In this document: positions 21,159 to 33,460 of the stretch, one piece after another | Layout: each line of letters begins with the position of its first letter | Numbering within the stretch: position 1 is the stretch's first letter | Origin: Alphaproteobacteria bacterium | Lineage (GTDB): Bacteria; Pseudomonadota; Alphaproteobacteria; SHVV01 | Assembly (NCBI GenBank): GCA_965261735.1 | Contig: OZ253470.1 | Span: forward strand, 2,592,001-2,656,000 | Length of the DNA: 64,000 nucleotides | Reading direction: 5' to 3' | Notes under the pieces: generated by a model | Databases searched by the model: none | What the model saw: the letters and a program-made list of their open reading frames with translations, nothing else | Told to the model about the DNA's origin: nothing | Program-made: the position numbers and the translations under genes

Positions 21159-21237
21159 GCGCAGGAGCGGCGTGCCCGGCGCCGGTTTGCGCCAGGCACC
21201 CCGGTGACAGCCACATGAAGCGGGTGGACCGCGCGCG

Positions 21238-21789
21238 GTGATTCTCGGCCTCAGGGGGGGAAGTGAGCGCCGGCGGGGCGTCCGCGCAACGGTTCCGGCT
21301 GCGCTGATCGGTGTGTTGATCCTCGCCGCCTGTGCTTCACAACCAACGCCTGTGACGCCGGTCGCCAAGACCGCGACGAGTACCGCTACGGGGAACTCGC
21401 CTCAGCCCCGCACGCAGGCGTCGGCGACCGCCGTCAGCGCGCCAGCGGCCGGCGCGACGGCGTCGCAAGCCACGCCAGTGGCGCTGGCGCCACCGCCTGC
21501 GCCCGCGCCCCGCGTGGCACCGCCGCCACCCAAGCTCATCGGCATGTCGCGCAGCGATCTCTTCGTGCTGCTCGGCGTACCGAGCTTGATTCGCAACGAC
21601 GCCCCGGCGCAGATCTGGCAGTACGCGAACTCGGCCTGCGTGCTCCACCTCTTCCTCTACGAGCGCGGCGCGGGGTCCTATCGGGTCGAGCACTACGAGG
21701 TCAGCGAGCGCGGCGCGGCACCGGCGGGCGGGCAGGCGTGCGTCGGTGGGTTCCTCGGGGCCGCCCGCCGCGCCGTCGGCATCAGCTAG
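21238..21789 (+). CDS. Putative lipoprotein
   Basis: Lipobox LAAC, Pro/Ala linker, LG.P...R.D.PAQIWQY...CVLHLFLY; start uncertain. Confidence 0.7.
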   Translation: MILGLRGGSERRRGVRATVPAALIGVLILAACASQPTPVTPVAKTATSTATGNSPQPRTQASATAVSAPAAGATASQATPVALAPPPAPAPRVAPPPPKLIGMSRSDLFVLLGVPSLIRNDAPAQIWQYANSACVLHLFLYERGAGSYRVEHYEVSERGAAPAGGQACVGGFLGAARRAVGIS

Positions 21790-21798
21790 GCGGATTCC

Positions 21799-22434
21799 TC
21801 ACACCGTCGTCTTTGCGCGATAGGCGCAGAGGTCGCGCACGTCACAGCCCGGGCAGTCAGGCCGCCTAGCCTTGCACACGTAGCGCCCGTGCAGAATGAG
21901 CCAATGGTGCGCGTGCGGCTTGTAGTGCTCGGGTACGGCCGCCAGCAACTTGCGCTCGACCGCCAGCGGCGTCTTGCCGCGCCCGAGCCCGGTGCGATTG
22001 GCGACCCGGAAAATGTGCGTATCGACGGCGATGGTCGGCAGCCCGAAGGCCATGTTGAGGACGACGTTGGCGGTCTTGCGGCCGACGCCCGGTAGCGCTT
22101 CCAAGGCCTCGCGCTCGCGCGGCACCGCGCCGGCGTGGTCATCGAGCAGGGCCTGACTGAGGCCGATAATGTTCTTGGCCTTGGTGTTGAACAGGCCGAT
22201 CGATTTGATGTGGTCGCGGACCCGCGTCTCGCCGAGCGCCACCATCTTGGCCGGGGTGTCGGCGGCGGCGAACAGCGCCGGCGTCGCTTTGTTGACGCCG
22301 GCATCGGTGGCCTGTGCCGAGAGGACGACGGCGACCAACAGCGTGTAGGGCGATGCGTGCTCGAGCTCGCCGCGCGGCGCCGGGTTGGCCGCCGCGAGGC
22401 GTCGGAAGAACTCCTCGATTCGCTCCTTCTTCAC
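21799..22434 (-). CDS. nth: Endonuclease III
   Basis: LLVAVVLSAQATD, LPGVGRKTANVV, VDTH, C-x6-C-x2-C-x5-C cluster. Confidence 0.96.
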   Translation of the reverse strand: MKKERIEEFFRRLAAANPAPRGELEHASPYTLLVAVVLSAQATDAGVNKATPALFAAADTPAKMVALGETRVRDHIKSIGLFNTKAKNIIGLSQALLDDHAGAVPREREALEALPGVGRKTANVVLNMAFGLPTIAVDTHIFRVANRTGLGRGKTPLAVERKLLAAVPEHYKPHAHHWLILHGRYVCKARRPDCPGCDVRDLCAYRAKTTV

Positions 22435-22536
22435 AGCGTTCACTCTACGGCGCCCGGGCGATGCGCACAAAGGCGATGCGCCCGCCGCCTAGGGCGCCGT
22501 TGCCGGCGCAGAGCGGGCCTACTATCATCGCCAGGC

Positions 22537-23036
22537 ATGGACTATGAGGACTCACCACGCGCGCCGCGCCTGTGGTTCGATGCCGTGCTGCGGCCCCATC
22601 CTCGCCGACGGGCTTCTGGCTCCTGATGGCGGGCGTCGCCTGCGTGAGCTTCACCGCCGGCCTCGCGTTCTTTCTTGCCGGGGCGTGGCCGGTGATCGGG
22701 TTCCTGGGGCTCGACGTGGCCCTCATCTACGTCGCCTTTCGCGCCAACTACCGCAGCGGCCAGATGAGCGAAACCCTGCAGCTCGGCGATCGCGAGCTCG
22801 TGGTCCGCCGCGTCAGCCCCTATGGCCGGGTGCGAACATGGACCTTTCAGCCCTATTGGCTGCGCGTGGCGATCGACGATCCGCCCGCCCATCACAGCCA
22901 GCTCACCCTGTCCTCGCACGGGCGCTCCCTGGTGGTCGGCGCGTTCCTGACCGCCGAGGAGCGGCTCGAGCTCGCCCGGGCGCTGCGCGATGCTCTGGTG
23001 CGGCAGCGCGAGATGGCCCCGATCACGACTTCGTAA
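22537..23036 (+). pseudogene. DUF2244 membrane protein, frameshifted near 22600
   Basis: MDYEDSP..WFDAVLRPH in one frame, SPTGFWLL...GAWPVIGFLGLDV...GAFL in another; span is not a multiple of 3. Confidence 0.7.
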
Positions 23037-23118
23037 GCGCCGCAAGATCCGGGTGGCGCCGGGCGGCCTGGGGCCTTATTTCAGACCCGTTGGCACGCGA
23101 TCTTCGAGGGGTGCGACG

Positions 23119-23997
23119 ATGAGCGCGAATTCCGGGCGAGGCCCGAGCGACTACGACAGGGTGGCGCAAGCGATCCTGTTCATCGAGGACCATGCCGGCG
23201 AACAGCCGGACCTGGCAGCGGTCGCCGCCGACGTCGGCCTCAGCCCCTATCACTTCCAGCGCCTCTTCCGCCGCTGGGCCGGCATCAGCCCCAAGCGCTT
23301 CCTGCAATGCCTGACTGTGGAGCACGCCAAGCGCGCGCTTGCGGAGTCGCGGAGCGTTCTCGATGCCGCCTTTGAGGTCGGCCTGTCGGGGCCCGGGCGG
23401 CTGCACGATCTGTTCGTCGCCACCGAGGCGATGACGCCGGGTGAGTACAAGCAGCGTGGCCGCGGCCTCGATATCCACTACGGCTTCCACGCGACGCGGT
23501 TTTCCGATTGCCTGCTGCTCGTGACGAGCCGCGGCATCAGCGGCCTCGCCTTCACCGAGCATGCCGGCCGCGAGGGTGCGCTCGCCGACATGCGGCGGCG
23601 CTGGCCGCACGCGCGGTACGTCGAGGACCACGGCCGCACGGCCCCGCTCGCGCGCCGCATCTTCGCATCCGATGCGGGCGCGAACGGCGAGCCGTTTCCG
23701 CTCTTCCTCGGCGGCACCAACTTCCAGATCAAGGTGTGGCAGGCGCTGCTCACCATCCCGCCGGGGTGCCTCGCGACCTACGATTGGATCGCTGGCGCCA
23801 TCGGCCAACCGAGCGCGGCGCGCGCGGTCGGCGGCGCGGTGGCGGCCAATCCGATCTCCTACCTGGTGCCGTGCCACCGTGTGATCCGCAAGAGCGGCGT
23901 CATCGGCGACTACGCCTGGGGCCCGACCCGCAAGAAGGCCATGCTCGGCTGGGAAGCGGCACGCTCCACGGGCACGGGTGAAAGGGCCGCCGCTTAG
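23119..23997 (+). CDS. ada: AraC-HTH + methylated-DNA-protein-cysteine methyltransferase (Ada-like)
   Basis: LSPYHFQRLFRRWAGISPKRF, GTNFQIKVW, VPCHRV active site. Confidence 0.9.
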   Translation: MSANSGRGPSDYDRVAQAILFIEDHAGEQPDLAAVAADVGLSPYHFQRLFRRWAGISPKRFLQCLTVEHAKRALAESRSVLDAAFEVGLSGPGRLHDLFVATEAMTPGEYKQRGRGLDIHYGFHATRFSDCLLLVTSRGISGLAFTEHAGREGALADMRRRWPHARYVEDHGRTAPLARRIFASDAGANGEPFPLFLGGTNFQIKVWQALLTIPPGCLATYDWIAGAIGQPSAARAVGGAVAANPISYLVPCHRVIRKSGVIGDYAWGPTRKKAMLGWEAARSTGTGERAAA

Positions 23998-24074
23998 CCT
24001 CACCCAAAGGCCTATCCCGGGGCCGGTGTTTGCGGGCAAGATGAGCGGTCCGCACCGCCGGCTCACAGGCCCTC

Positions 24075-24998
24075 ATGTCCTCTTCGATCACGCTTCGCGC
24101 GGTCGCGCTTCTGCTTCTGCTGTCGGCGCTATGGGGCGGCTCGTTCGCGCTCATCAAGGTGGCCGTGGACACCATCCCGCCGGCGACTGTCGCGCTCGGG
24201 CGGCAAGCAGTGGCCGTGGTGGTCCTGCTCGCCATCGTCTATGCGCGGGGCGAGAGCCTGCGCGCGCCGCGCTCGGTGTGGCTCGCCTACATTGCCATCG
24301 GCATTTTGGGCAATACGGTGCCCTTCGTGTTGATCCATTGGGCCGAGACCAAGGTGGACAGCGGCCTCGCCGCCATCCTCATGGCCATCGCACCGTTGTT
24401 CACGATGGTTCTGGCCCACGTGTGGACGAGCGACGAGCACCTCACCCCCACCAAGACGCTCGGCCTTCTCGTCGGCCTATCCGGTATCGCGGTGCTGGTT
24501 GGGTGGGACGCGATGTCCAACCTCGGGACAGCCGTGATCGCGGAACTCGCGCTGATCCTCGCGGCACTCGGCTACGCGTTCGCGAACGTGGTCTCGCACG
24601 TGTACCTGCGCGGCATTTCGCCGACCACCCTCGGCGCCGGGGTGCTCCTCGTCGGCACAATCTCGGCGCTGCCGGTGAGCCTGATCTTCGACGCGCCGTG
24701 GCAGCTCGCGCCCTCACCGGGCTCCATGGCCGCTGTCCTGGTGCTGGGTTTGGTGGCGACGGCGGCGGGCTGGGTCGTCTTCTTTCGCCTTGTCATCACC
24801 GTGGGCGCCACCTTCGCAGCGCTGAGCAACTACCTCGTTCCCGTCCTTGCGATCGGCGCCGGCGTCGTCTTCCTCGCGGAACGGCCGAGCCTCCAATCGG
24901 GGATCGCCCTCGTGCTGATTTTGAGCGGCGTGGCGCTGACTACCGTCGGGATCCGCAACCGCGCCCGCCGCGCGGCCGGACCGATCACGGGCGGTTAG
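24075..24998 (+). CDS. DMT/EamA transporter
   Basis: LWGGSF..IKVAV..IPP, multiple TM helices, YLVPV. Confidence 0.88.
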   Translation: MSSSITLRAVALLLLLSALWGGSFALIKVAVDTIPPATVALGRQAVAVVVLLAIVYARGESLRAPRSVWLAYIAIGILGNTVPFVLIHWAETKVDSGLAAILMAIAPLFTMVLAHVWTSDEHLTPTKTLGLLVGLSGIAVLVGWDAMSNLGTAVIAELALILAALGYAFANVVSHVYLRGISPTTLGAGVLLVGTISALPVSLIFDAPWQLAPSPGSMAAVLVLGLVATAAGWVVFFRLVITVGATFAALSNYLVPVLAIGAGVVFLAERPSLQSGIALVLILSGVALTTVGIRNRARRAAGPITGG

Positions 24999-25810
24999 CC
25001 GGCGCCCAGTCCGAGAACGTCGTCCATGCCGTAGAGCCCGGGGGGCCGGCCCGCCACCCACAGCGCGGCGCGGATGGCGCCGCGCGCGAATACCTGCCGG
25101 CTCGAGGCCTTGTGCGCGAGTTCGAGCCGCTCGCCCTCGGCGGCGAAGATGACCGCATGATCGCCAACCACGTCACCGCCGCGCAGCGTGGCGTAGCCGA
25201 TGGTGCCGGCCTGCCGCGGCCCGGTAATCCCGTCGCGCACCCGGACCTCGGAATCGGCGGGCTCAATCCCGCGGCCCGCGGCGGCCGCGCGTCCCAACGC
25301 CAGCGCCGTCCCCGACGGGGCGTCGACTTTATGGCGGTGGTGCATTTCCAGGATCTCGATGTCGTAGTCGGCATCGAGCGTGCCCGCCACTTGCCGCACG
25401 AGCCCGAGGAGCAGGTTGATACCGACGCTCATGTTCGCGGCCTGCACGATCGCGACCTTGGCCGCGGCGCCCTCGAGCACCGCGCTCTCGGCAGCGCCGA
25501 GGCCCGTGGTGCCGACGACGAGGGCGGTGCCCGACTCGGCGGCGAGCGCGGCGTGCACGACGGTCGCGGCGGGCGTCGTGAAATCGAGGACGACATCGGC
25601 CGCGGCGAAGAGCGCGCGCGCATCCCCGGTCACGCTGAGCCCGACGGTCCCGAGCGCCGCGAGCTCGCCGATGTCTTGGCCGAGCGCCGGATTGTCCGCA
25701 CCCTCGGACCCGGCCGCCAGCACGCACCCCGTCGTCAGCGCCGCCTGGCGCACGAGCATCGTGCCCATGCGCCCGGCGCAGCCGGTGACGCCGATTTTCA
25801 CGTCCGCCAT
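24995..25810 (-). CDS. dapB: 4-hydroxy-tetrahydrodipicolinate reductase
   Basis: GCAGRMG, DFTTP, VGTTG, EMHHRHKVDAPSGTA. Confidence 0.97.
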   Translation of the reverse strand: MADVKIGVTGCAGRMGTMLVRQAALTTGCVLAAGSEGADNPALGQDIGELAALGTVGLSVTGDARALFAAADVVLDFTTPAATVVHAALAAESGTALVVGTTGLGAAESAVLEGAAAKVAIVQAANMSVGINLLLGLVRQVAGTLDADYDIEILEMHHRHKVDAPSGTALALGRAAAAGRGIEPADSEVRVRDGITGPRQAGTIGYATLRGGDVVGDHAVIFAAEGERLELAHKASSRQVFARGAIRAALWVAGRPPGLYGMDDVLGLGAG

Positions 25811-25938
25811 CGTCGATGCGCGCCCCGTCAATCGCCTCTCGGCGAGTGTAGCGAGGCGCGCGCCGGGGCGGTGCGAAAAATATTTTGCGGCGGACAGTCT
25901 CCGCCGATGTTGCGAGCGAGAGCTTCGGGCCTCGCCGC

Positions 25939-26328
25939 TCAGCCGCCCATCGGCGAACAGATCTCGACGGTAACGCCGTTGGGGTCGCGCACGTAAGCCA
26001 CCGTCTGGCCCCACGGCTTCTCCTGTGGCGGCGTGATGGCCGCGGCGCCTTGGGCCACCGCGTTGGCATAGGCGGCATCGACCGTGTCCGTGACCAGCGC
26101 TACCTCGAAGGCCGCGGCCTCCTCGTCGCTTCGGCTGCGGCGGTAGGTGAAGCCGTGGCTGGCCGCGAGGGTTTCGGAGGCGAAGGCGAGCGCCGTCGTT
26201 CCGGTGTCGAGCTCGCCATACTCGCCGCTCTCGTGCAGGAAATGACGCTTCAACCCGAAGGCGCGCTCATAGAACGCCAGCGCCTCGCCAACGTCCGGCA
26301 CGTAGAGGATGATGTAACCCAATTTCAT
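25939..26328 (-). CDS. VOC/glyoxalase (bleomycin-resistance-like) protein
   Basis: ILYVPDV..ALAFYERAFG, KPWGQTVAYVRDPNG..VE. Confidence 0.9.
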   Translation of the reverse strand: MKLGYIILYVPDVGEALAFYERAFGLKRHFLHESGEYGELDTGTTALAFASETLAASHGFTYRRSRSDEEAAAFEVALVTDTVDAAYANAVAQGAAAITPPQEKPWGQTVAYVRDPNGVTVEICSPMGG

Positions 26329-26349
26329 GATATGCCTCCCTTATAGTGG

Positions 26350-26364
26350 GAACATATCAAGAAC
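26350..26364. promoter_or_regulatory. Alphaproteobacterial LexA (SOS) box
   Basis: GAAC-ATATCAA-GAAC (GAAC-N7-GAAC) 22 bp upstream of the VOC gene start. Confidence 0.7.
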
Positions 26365-26415
26365 ATGAGGAATGAGTCCAGAAACGATGCCGTGGTCGGC
26401 GTTCCCGGAGCCGCC

Positions 26416-27537
26416 CTAGTCCCGCAGGTCCTCCCATAGCTCCTTGACCTTGGTGAAGAAGCCCTCGGACTCGGGGTTGGTCTTGGCGGTGCCGCCCTTC
26501 TGGAACTCGCGCAACAGTTCCTTCTGCTTGGTCGTGAGGTTGACCGGCGTTTCCACGGTGGCCTGGATGTACATGTCGCCATGGCCGGACGAGCGCAGGA
26601 TCGGCATGCCCTTGCCGCGCAGGCGGAACTGCTTGCCGGACTGGCAGCCGGCGGGGATGGTGACCTTGGCGCGGCCGCCCTCCAGCGTCGGCACCTCGAT
26701 GCTGCCGCCGAGCGAGGCCGTCGTCATCGGGATGGGGACGCGGCAATAGATGTGGGCGCCGTCGCGCTGGAAGATGCGGTGCGGCGCGACCGACAGGAAG
26801 ATGTAGAGATCGCCCGGGGGTGCGCCGCGCACGCCGGCCTCGCCTTCGCCCGCGAGCCGAATGCGCGAGCCGTCCTCGACCCCACGCGGGATATCGACGG
26901 CGAGCGTCTTTTCGCGCCGCACCCGGCCCGCGCCGTTGCACGCCGGGCACGGATCCTTGATGACGCGGCCCTGCCCCTGACAGGTCGGGCAGGTGCGCTC
27001 GATGGTGAAGAACCCCTGCTGGGCGCGCATGCGGCCCGCGCCGCCGCATGTCGGGCATTGGCTGGGCGCCGAGCCCTGGGCCGAGCCCGTGCCGGTGCAA
27101 GGCTCGCAGGTGACGGTCGTCGGCACCCGCACCTGCGCCTTGCGCCCGCGGAAGGCCTCGTCGAGGGTGATTTCCAGGTTGTAGCGCATGTCGGCGCCGC
27201 GGGCCTGCTGGGTGCGCCGCGTACCGCCCATGAATTCGCCGAACAGGTCGTCGAAAACATCGGTGAAGCGGGCCGTGAAATCGAAGCCGTCGGCGCGGCC
27301 GCCGGCGCCCGCCTCGAACGCCGCGTGGCCGTACTGCTCGTAGGCGGCGCGTTTTTGATCGTCCTTGAGGACGTCGTAGGCCTCGCTGATCTCCTTGAAC
27401 TTGTGCTCCGCCTTCTTGTCGCCGGCGTTGCGGTCGGGGTGGTACTTCATCGCGAGCGCGCGATAGGCCTTCTTCAGCTCGTCGGCTGAGGCGCCGCGGC
27501 TGACACCGAGAACGTCGAAGTAATCCTGCTTCGCCAT
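26416..27537 (-). CDS. dnaJ: Chaperone DnaJ
   Basis: J domain with HPD; four CxxCxGxG repeats. Confidence 0.98.
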   Translation of the reverse strand: MAKQDYFDVLGVSRGASADELKKAYRALAMKYHPDRNAGDKKAEHKFKEISEAYDVLKDDQKRAAYEQYGHAAFEAGAGGRADGFDFTARFTDVFDDLFGEFMGGTRRTQQARGADMRYNLEITLDEAFRGRKAQVRVPTTVTCEPCTGTGSAQGSAPSQCPTCGGAGRMRAQQGFFTIERTCPTCQGQGRVIKDPCPACNGAGRVRREKTLAVDIPRGVEDGSRIRLAGEGEAGVRGAPPGDLYIFLSVAPHRIFQRDGAHIYCRVPIPMTTASLGGSIEVPTLEGGRAKVTIPAGCQSGKQFRLRGKGMPILRSSGHGDMYIQATVETPVNLTTKQKELLREFQKGGTAKTNPESEGFFTKVKELWEDLRD

Positions 27538-27646
27538 GGGCCCCTATACCCAGCCGCTCAAGGGCGCGCGGTACGGCCCATGCCGCCGGTTAACGAGCGA
27601 TCCTCGTTCACGAGATTTCCGCGCCCCTGTCTCGGTCGGGCCGCGG

Positions 27647-29608
<1,962 letters not shown>

Positions 29609-29696
29609 TTCGTCCTTCCTTGCGGCAGGTCGCGGCGGCCATGCGGTGCACCGCCGGAACCCCCAGGGTCGATGGGCGTGGAAACGCTGTTGCGAT

Positions 29697-29725
29697 ATAT
29701 ATGTTGCATCCCCCCGGCCCGCAAC
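29697..29725 (-). promoter_or_regulatory. Putative RpoH promoter of dnaKJ
   Basis: GTTG-N18-CATATAT upstream of dnaK. Confidence 0.45.
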
Positions 29726-29775
29726 CGTTGGCGTGGGATTCGGGGGGCGGGGGCTGACACCGCGGGCCGCAAACC

Positions 29776-30684
29776 ATGATCGTCTCGGCGAGCTACCGGA
29801 CCGACATTCCAGCCTTCTACGGCGACTGGTTCATGAGCCGCCTGCGGGCCGGTTACTGCCGCGTGATCAACCCGCGGGGCGGCCAGCCCAGCACCGTTCC
29901 GCTTGACCCCGAATCGGTCTCGGGCTTCGTTTTCTGGACCCGTAATGTGGGCCCCTTCCTCGGCCACCTCGCCGAGGTGCGACGGCTCGGTTACCCGTTC
30001 GTCGTCCAGTACACCATCACCGGTTATCCGCGGGCGCTCGAAGAGGCGGTTCGGCCCGCGGCCACGATGGTCGAGCTCGCGCGGCGCGTGGCCGGGGAGT
30101 TTGGGCCGAGCGCGCTGGTGTGGCGCTACGATCCCGTCGTGTTTTCGTCGCTGACCCCCGCCGAGTCGCACCTCGCGCGCTTCGAGCGCCTGGCGCGCGG
30201 GCTCGAAGGCGCGGCCGACGAGGTCGTCACCTCGTTCGCCCACGTCTACCGCAAGACGCGCCGCAACCTCGATGCCGCCGCGGCGCGCGCGCGCTTCACC
30301 TGGTGGGACGAGCCGAAGGAGGGCAAGCGCGCCCTGGCGGCGCGGCTCGCAGCCATCGCCGAGGGCCATGGCATGCGCCTCACGCTATGCTCGCAGCCCG
30401 AATACCAGGTGGCCCCATCGGGCATCGCCCGCTGCATCGATGCCGATCGGCTCGGGCGCGTCGCGGGACGGGCCATCGGCGCACGCGAGCGCGGCAACAG
30501 GCCGGGATGCGCGTGCCACGAATCGCGCGATATCGGGGCCTACGACACGTGCCCGCAGGGTTGCGTCTATTGCTACGCGGTCAGCACCCGCGCCGCCGCC
30601 CAGGAGCGCAGGCGGGCGCACGACCCGGGCGATGCGTTCCTCCTACCGCCCGGGCGGCGGACCGGCGGCCGGGTCAATGCGTAG
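29776..30684 (+). CDS. DUF1848 protein
   Basis: [43 protein letters not shown]. Confidence 0.9.
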   Translation: MIVSASYRTDIPAFYGDWFMSRLRAGYCRVINPRGGQPSTVPLDPESVSGFVFWTRNVGPFLGHLAEVRRLGYPFVVQYTITGYPRALEEAVRPAATMVELARRVAGEFGPSALVWRYDPVVFSSLTPAESHLARFERLARGLEGAADEVVTSFAHVYRKTRRNLDAAAARARFTWWDEPKEGKRALAARLAAIAEGHGMRLTLCSQPEYQVAPSGIARCIDADRLGRVAGRAIGARERGNRPGCACHESRDIGAYDTCPQGCVYCYAVSTRAAAQERRRAHDPGDAFLLPPGRRTGGRVNA

Positions 30685-30686
30685 GC

Positions 30687-31454
30687 CTACACCGTGGTGT
30701 CTATGTGCTCGCCCGGTTCTTCCGGGCTTTCGTTCTTGGCCACGCCGACCATGGCCGGGCGCAAGAGTCGATCGGCGATGAGGTAGCCCGTCTGCATGAC
30801 CTGGACGATGGTGCCGGCCGGCTCGCCGGTGCCGGGAACCTCGAACATGACCTGATGGAAGTTGTGGTCAAACTTCTCGCCCATAGGGTTGATCGCCGAA
30901 ATGCTGTGCCGCTCCAGCGCGCTCAGCAGCTCGCGCTCGGTCATCTCGACGCCGGCCAGCAGGCTGCCGAGGCCGGTCTCGTCGTCGCGCGCCTCGGGCG
31001 CAGCCGCCTCGAGCGCGCGACGCAGATTGTCGGCGACCGGGAGCACGTCGCGGGCGAAAGCCGAAACCGCGTACTTGCTGGTCTCCAGGCGTTCGCGCTC
31101 GGCTCGCCGGCGCGTGTTCTCGACCTCGGCGACGGCGCGTAGCAGCCGATCCTTGAGTTCGCTGATCTGCGCCTCGAGGCTCTGCTCGGGCGCCACCGCA
31201 TCGGCGTTCTCGTTCGCCGGCGCCGCCGGCGCCGCCGGCTCGGTCGGCTCGCCGGCCTCCTCGTCCTCGCCCTCGCGCGCCTCGCTCGCCACGGGCGCCT
31301 CGCCATCCGGTGCCTCGGCGGCGCTCGCCGCTTCGCGCTCCTGCGCCTCGGTGGCTGCGGCGCCCCCATCGCGGCTCGTCTCAGCGCCCTCGCCGGGGGT
31401 GCCCCCGGGCGCCTCCGGGGCGCCCTCGGGCGATGCGTCCTTGTCGCCTGCCAC
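30687..31454 (-). CDS. grpE: Nucleotide exchange factor GrpE
   Basis: LRAVAEVENTRRR, DVLPVADNLRRA, FDHNFHQ, RLLRPAMVGV. Confidence 0.95.
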   Translation of the reverse strand: MAGDKDASPEGAPEAPGGTPGEGAETSRDGGAAATEAQEREAASAAEAPDGEAPVASEAREGEDEEAGEPTEPAAPAAPANENADAVAPEQSLEAQISELKDRLLRAVAEVENTRRRAERERLETSKYAVSAFARDVLPVADNLRRALEAAAPEARDDETGLGSLLAGVEMTERELLSALERHSISAINPMGEKFDHNFHQVMFEVPGTGEPAGTIVQVMQTGYLIADRLLRPAMVGVAKNESPEEPGEHIDTTV

Positions 31455-31461
31455 GATGTCG

Positions 31462-32499
31462 CTAGCTGACCAACTGGCCGACGACCTTGGCCGTGTAGTC
31501 GACCATGGGAATGATGCGGCCGTAGTTGAGGCGCGTCGGCCCGATCACGCCGATGGCGCCGATGATATGCTCGCGGTTGTTGCGGTAGGGGGCGACGATC
31601 ATCGAGCAGCCCGCGAGCCCGAACAGCTCGTTTTCGGAGCCGATAAAGATGCGCACGCCCTCGGCGCTGCCGGCGAGATCGAGCAGGCCGATCAGCTCCT
31701 TCTTGGCCTCGAGCGCATCGAACAACCCGCGGATGCGCTCCAGGTGCTCGATCGCGGTGATGTCCTCGAGCAGATTGCTCTGGCCACGCACGATCAGCAT
31801 CGAGTGGTCGTCGCCGCCCGCCCAGGTGGCGAGCCCGGCTTCGACGACCCGGCTCGTAAGGCGGTCGAGCTCGCCCTTTTGCGCCTCGATCTCAGTGAGC
31901 GCTTCCTCGCGCACTTCCCTCAGCGAGCTTCCGCCGACGCGGGCGTTGAGGTAGTCGGTGGCCTCGCCGAGTTGGGCCGCGGTCACACCCTCGGGCACGT
32001 CGATGATGCGGTTTTCGACCGTGCCGTCCTCGGTGACGATGACCACCAGCGCGCGCTTGGGGCCGAGGCCGACGAATTCGATGTGTTTGAGGGCTGCGTC
32101 CGCCTTCGGCGCGACCACCAGGCTGGCGCAGTGCGAGAGGCCCGACAGCATACTCGTTGCCTCGGTCAGCAGCTCCTCGAGGCTGCGCCCGCTGGCGGCG
32201 CAACGCGCCTCGATATTGGCGCGCTCGGCATCGCTCAGGGCGCCGATCTCGAGCAGGCCATCGACGAAGAACCGCAAGCCGGCGTCGGTCGGCAGCCGCC
32301 CGGCCGAGGTGTGCGGCGCGAACAGCAGTCCCATCTCCTCGAGATCGGCCATGACGTTGCGGATCGAGGCGGGCGAGAGGTTGATGTTGAGGCGGCGCGA
32401 CAGGGTACGCGAGCTGATGGGCTCGCCGGTCTCGACGTAGGCGTCGACGATGGTGCGGAAGATCTCCCGCGAGCGTTCGTTGAGTTCTTCAATCATCAT
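31462..32499 (-). CDS. hrcA: Heat-inducible repressor HrcA
   Basis: IVDAYVETGEPISSR, SPASIRNVMADLE, HTSAGRLPT, GPTRLNY. Confidence 0.96.
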   Translation of the reverse strand: MMIEELNERSREIFRTIVDAYVETGEPISSRTLSRRLNINLSPASIRNVMADLEEMGLLFAPHTSAGRLPTDAGLRFFVDGLLEIGALSDAERANIEARCAASGRSLEELLTEATSMLSGLSHCASLVVAPKADAALKHIEFVGLGPKRALVVIVTEDGTVENRIIDVPEGVTAAQLGEATDYLNARVGGSSLREVREEALTEIEAQKGELDRLTSRVVEAGLATWAGGDDHSMLIVRGQSNLLEDITAIEHLERIRGLFDALEAKKELIGLLDLAGSAEGVRIFIGSENELFGLAGCSMIVAPYRNNREHIIGAIGVIGPTRLNYGRIIPMVDYTAKVVGQLVS

Positions 32500-32550
32500 G
32501 GCGGTCTTGACCGTCCGCGCGGACCTTCGCGGTTGCCGCAGGACGTGTTC

Positions 32551-32579
32551 AATCTAGTAACGCGGTGGTACGTCGTCAA
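32551..32579 (-). promoter_or_regulatory. Putative promoter of hrcA-grpE
   Basis: TTGACG-N17-TAGATT upstream of hrcA. Confidence 0.5.
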
Positions 32580-32697
32580 CGCGGGCCGGTGCTGGCGCTC
32601 GGCGGCGACGGGCGTGGGCGGCCACTGGACGCACCGCCGGCGAAAGCGATAGAACGAGGCAGCGTGCACGGCGCGGCGTCGCTTCATGGGTGCGAGG

Positions 32698-33453
32698 ATG
32701 ACCGATTCAAGAACGACCGGCCAGGGTCAGGTCGAGCGTCCCTCGGGGCGGGCAGCGAACGAGCTGCGGCCAGTGACCCTCGAGCCCGGCTTCAGCAAAT
32801 ACGCGGAGGGCTCCTGCCTCGTGCGCTTCGGCGACACCCACGTGCTGTGTACGGCCAGTGTCGAGGAGCGGGTACCGCCGTTTCTTCGCAACAGCGGCAG
32901 CGGCTGGGTCACCGCCGAATACGGCATGCTGCCGCGCTCCACGGACACCCGCAGCGACCGCGAGGCGGCGCGCGGCCGGCAGTCGGGGCGCACCCACGAG
33001 ATCCAGCGCCTCATCGGCCGCAGCCTGCGCGCGGTTACCGACCTCGAGGCGCTCGGCGAGCGTCAGGTGCGCCTCGATTGCGACGTGCTTCAGGCCGACG
33101 GTGGCACGCGCACGGCGGCGATCACCGGCGCCTACGTGGCGCTGCACGCGGCGCTTGCCGGCGAGGTCGCGAAGGGCAAGCTCGGCGCGCTCCCGCTCGG
33201 CGATCAGGTCGCGGCCGTAAGCTGCGGGCTTTACCAGGGCATGCCGGTGCTCGACCTCGACTATGCTGAGGACTCGACGGCCATGGCGGATGCCAACTTC
33301 GTACTCACCGCGCGCGGCGGTATCGTCGAGGTCCAGGGGACGGCCGAATCGACGCCGTTCTCGGAAGCCCGCTTTCACGCCATGTTCGGCCTCGCCAAAG
33401 AGGGCGTGGCGACCCTCGCGGTCTTACAACGCCAGGCCCTGGGCTTGGCCTAG
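32698..33453 (+). CDS. rph: Ribonuclease PH
   Basis: [38 protein letters not shown]. Confidence 0.97.
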   Translation: MTDSRTTGQGQVERPSGRAANELRPVTLEPGFSKYAEGSCLVRFGDTHVLCTASVEERVPPFLRNSGSGWVTAEYGMLPRSTDTRSDREAARGRQSGRTHEIQRLIGRSLRAVTDLEALGERQVRLDCDVLQADGGTRTAAITGAYVALHAALAGEVAKGKLGALPLGDQVAAVSCGLYQGMPVLDLDYAEDSTAMADANFVLTARGGIVEVQGTAESTPFSEARFHAMFGLAKEGVATLAVLQRQALGLA

Positions 33454-33460
33454 AGCGCCC

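Noticed and set aside
29609-32700. CIRCE element near hrcA/dnaK
   Set aside because: No TTAGCACTC-N9-GAGTGCTAA seen by eye.
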